Assembly (NCBI GenBank): GCA_039589315.1
Contig: JBDHHQ010000035.1
Coordinates: 1-50,562, forward strand
Length of the DNA: 50,562 nt
DNA from: Gemmatimonadota bacterium
Lineage (GTDB): Bacteria; Gemmatimonadota; Gemmatimonadetes; Longimicrobiales; Gaopeijiaceae
Reading direction: 5' to 3'
The notes beneath the pieces are model-generated. The model worked only from the letters and a program-made list of their open reading frames with translations. It was not told the DNA's origin and did not search any database. Shown here piece after piece: positions 48,255 to 50,562 of this stretch. Position 1 is the first letter of the stretch, and every line of letters begins with the position of its first letter. A program made the translations under genes and the position numbers.

Positions 48255-48341
48255 ATGAGGATGAGAGCCTGGATCAGCAACGAGGCCGACCCGGGGACCG
48301 GCGGTGATACCGTCTACGATCTCTGGGGCGAGATCTGGTAG
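48255..48341 (+). CDS. Candidate 28-aa small ORF or C-terminal gene remnant
   Basis: MRMRAWISNEADPGTGGDTVYDLWGEIW; 24 of 28 codons end in G/C. Confidence 0.35.
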   Translation: MRMRAWISNEADPGTGGDTVYDLWGEIW

Positions 48342-48509
48342 CGCCGGAGTGCAGCGCGGGTGATCATCGTGTCATTACTGGCGTGAGCCGTCGCGCCGTG
48401 AGCATCCATGGCGCGGCGGCGCGCAATCGCTTAGCCTGACAACACCTTCGAATCCGATCCACGAACGGGCGCTCGCCAAGCACCAGCGGCCGGTCGGGCC
48501 CTCGAATCC

Positions 48510-49010
48510 ATGGCCAAGACACAGTCCTTCGACATCTCGACCGGCGTCGACCTGCAGGAGGTCGACAACGCGGTGAATCAGGCGACCAAGGAGATCCGCA
48601 CCCGCTACGACTTCAAGGGCACGAACTGCAGCCTCGAGCTGGACCGGAGCCTGGGCGTGGTCAAGCTCGAAGCGGACGACCAGTACCGGTTGAAGGCGCT
48701 GTTGGGCGTTCTGCGCGAGAAGCTCAGCCGCCGAGGGGTGCCGCTCAAGAACCTCGACGAGGGCAAGATCGACGCCGGAGGGTTGGGGCGGGCTCGCCAG
48801 ACGATAGGCCTCAAGCAAGGCATCGATCAGGAGACCGGCAAGAAGATCTCGAAGGACATCAAAAGCGCCGGCTTCAAGAAGGTCCAGGTGCAGATCCAGG
48901 GAGAGGAGCTCAGGGTCTCGGCGCCCTCCCGGGACACGCTCCAGGACGTAATCGCCCTCGTGAAGGGGAACGACTACGGCGTCGAGCTCGTGTTCGGGAA
49001 CTACCGCTGA
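48510..49010 (+). CDS. yajQ: YajQ-family nucleotide/c-di-GMP-binding protein
   Basis: SFDISTGVDLQEVDNAVNQATKEIRTRYDFKG, KVQVQIQGEELRVS, FGNYR. Confidence 0.95.
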   Translation: MAKTQSFDISTGVDLQEVDNAVNQATKEIRTRYDFKGTNCSLELDRSLGVVKLEADDQYRLKALLGVLREKLSRRGVPLKNLDEGKIDAGGLGRARQTIGLKQGIDQETGKKISKDIKSAGFKKVQVQIQGEELRVSAPSRDTLQDVIALVKGNDYGVELVFGNYR

Positions 49011-49127
49011 GCCGAAAGGGGGTCCGGAGGGAGAAGAACCTGGCGCCTTCTGTCGCTACGCTGTCTACTGTGCACGCCCGGGGAGCTCACCCTCGGCAGT
49101 AAGGCCACCCCCCCAAAGGAGATCACC

Positions 49128-49421
49128 ATGCGCATGATGCTCAGATGGACGGTTCCAGCCGCGAAGGGCAACGAAGGGATTCAAAACGGTGCGATCCAGC
49201 AGACGATCGAGATGCTGATGGCTGATCTGCAGCCGGAGGCTGCGTACTTCCTCGCCGAAGGCGGCAAACGCGCCGGGGTGATGGTCTTCGACATGACCGA
49301 TCCGGCGCAGATCCCCCAGATCGCGGAGCCCCTCTTCCAGGCCCTCGAGGCAGACGTCGAGTTCGTTCCGGTCATGAATGCCGACGACCTGAAGCGGGCA
49401 CTCGACCGCGTGGGCTCCTGA
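49128..49421 (+). CDS. Small hypothetical protein (DUF3303/GYD-like)
   Basis: RBS AAGGAG; PEAAYFLAEGGKR, IPQIAEPLF, PVMNADDL. Confidence 0.8.
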   Translation: MRMMLRWTVPAAKGNEGIQNGAIQQTIEMLMADLQPEAAYFLAEGGKRAGVMVFDMTDPAQIPQIAEPLFQALEADVEFVPVMNADDLKRALDRVGS

Positions 49422-49432
49422 CGGGAGCGCTC

Positions 49433-50562
49433 ATGGACCGACGAATGTCCCCGGGGGCCCTGGCGCTCGCGCTCCTCCTGGCGGGAGCATGCACTCCGGC
49501 CGGGGCACCCGAAGAGGCGACCTCGGAGTCGGCCGTCGAGCCGTCGCCGGGCTCCGCAGCGCCGCACATCTACGTCTGGGCACGGGACGAAGACGGTGCG
49601 GACAGCGACTTCCTCGCCGTCTTCGGTGCCGACCCTGCGTCGCCCGACTACGGCCGGTTGGCCCACCACAGCGAGCACGTCATGCCCGCAGGGGATCGGC
49701 TGCTCGTCAACGGGTTCCGGTCCGGGCAGACGTTCGTGATCAACCTGGCCGATCCGGCGGCGCCCTTCGTCGAGGCCTCGTTCACGAGCGCCGGGCCGTA
49801 CACGTACCCGCACAGCTTCGAGCGGACCCCGGACGGCAACGTGCTCGCCACCTTCCAGAACCGGGGCGACCCCGACTCGGGTGCCGGGGGTCTCGTGGAG
49901 CTCGATCCCCTGGGCAACTACCTGCGGGGCACCGACGCCGCAGATCCCGTGGACCCCGAGCTTCGTCCGTACAGCCTATCGCCGATTCCGGGCCTGGACC
50001 GCATCGTCACGACCACGGGCGACATGTGGATGAAGCTCGAGGGGCGGTCGTTCCAGATCTGGCGGATGTCGGACCTGTCGCTACTCCAGACCGTGCTTCT
50101 GCCGCCGGGTCCCCGCGGCGATGAGAACCTCGACGTGGCCGAAGCGCGTGTGCTCGACGACGGGAAGACGGTCATCGTCACGACGTTCCGCTGCGGCATG
50201 TACACGGTCACGGGGGTCGACACCGACGAGCCCGTGGTGGAGCTGGTGCAGACCTTCCCCTTCGAGTCGTACGACGTGGGGGACGAGTGCGGGCTGCCGT
50301 GGCTGCGTGGTCGCTTCTGGGTGCAGACGGTCCAGAAGAGCAACTCCCTGGTGGTCCTGGACCTGTCGGATCCCCATCGACCCCGGCAGGTGAGCGAGTT
50401 GGCGTTGGGCGAGGGCGTCCTGCCGCACTGGATCTCGGGCGAGGTGGGCGGCGACCGGATCGTCCTGACGGGAGAGGGAGACTGGCTCGGCGGCCGAGCC
50501 GTGCTGCTCCGTCTGGATCCCGATACCGGCGAGCTCAGCGTGATCGAGGACTTCCGGACGCC
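49433..50562 (+). CDS. SBP56/methanethiol-oxidase-like beta-propeller lipoprotein (partial, runs off the window)
   Basis: My translation: MDRRMSPGALALALLLAGAC.., IYVWARD, DFLAVFGADPASPDYG, HHSEH, YPHSF, GGLVELD, PYSL, QIWRMSDL, PHWIS. Absent from the ORF track because it has no stop in the window. Confidence 0.8.
   Translation, partial: MDRRMSPGALALALLLAGACTPAGAPEEATSESAVEPSPGSAAPHIYVWARDEDGADSDFLAVFGADPASPDYGRLAHHSEHVMPAGDRLLVNGFRSGQTFVINLADPAAPFVEASFTSAGPYTYPHSFERTPDGNVLATFQNRGDPDSGAGGLVELDPLGNYLRGTDAADPVDPELRPYSLSPIPGLDRIVTTTGDMWMKLEGRSFQIWRMSDLSLLQTVLLPPGPRGDENLDVAEARVLDDGKTVIVTTFRCGMYTVTGVDTDEPVVELVQTFPFESYDVGDECGLPWLRGRFWVQTVQKSNSLVVLDLSDPHRPRQVSELALGEGVLPHWISGEVGGDRIVLTGEGDWLGGRAVLLRLDPDTGELSVIEDFRT

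Noticed and set aside
1..50562. Prophage, IS element, integron or anti-phage defence island
   Set aside because: No integrase, transposase, nuclease or phage structural motifs recognised, and composition looks uniformly GC-rich by eye.

Overview
High-GC bacterial chromosomal segment. The gene content (TamB/BamA pair, PadR plus duplicated MacB/FtsX permease, carboxypeptidase-regulatory/plug proteins, many exported proteins) suggests Gemmatimonadota or a similar lineage; this is inference. About 38 densely packed CDSs: envelope proteins (TamB, BamA/TamA, several beta-barrels, two MscS-family channels, an SH3 lipoprotein, FKBP), a complete RND efflux triad, GDPD, a fatty-acid desaturase, a Tat-exported PqqB-like metallo-hydrolase, an amidohydrolase, msrPQ, an M50 peptidase, a GMC oxidoreductase/ThDP-enzyme cluster, a hybrid kinase, a class-V PLP enzyme, an orphan CheR, a PadR/permease pair, yajQ and an SBP56-like lipoprotein. 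I saw no rRNA, tRNA, CRISPR array, integrase or transposase. The best candidate for something undescribed is a self-contained minus-strand unit of about 285 nt (26316-26655): a perfect 20-bp palindrome, a sigma70-like promoter, a 12-nt perfect Shine-Dalgarno match, a 20-codon sORF and a strong terminator, directly upstream of the PqqB-like gene. Other signals are a PadR operator/promoter array, an ECF-type promoter before msrPQ, and three apparently damaged genes (frameshift, truncation, in-frame deletion). All family assignments come from motif recognition by eye; no searches were run.
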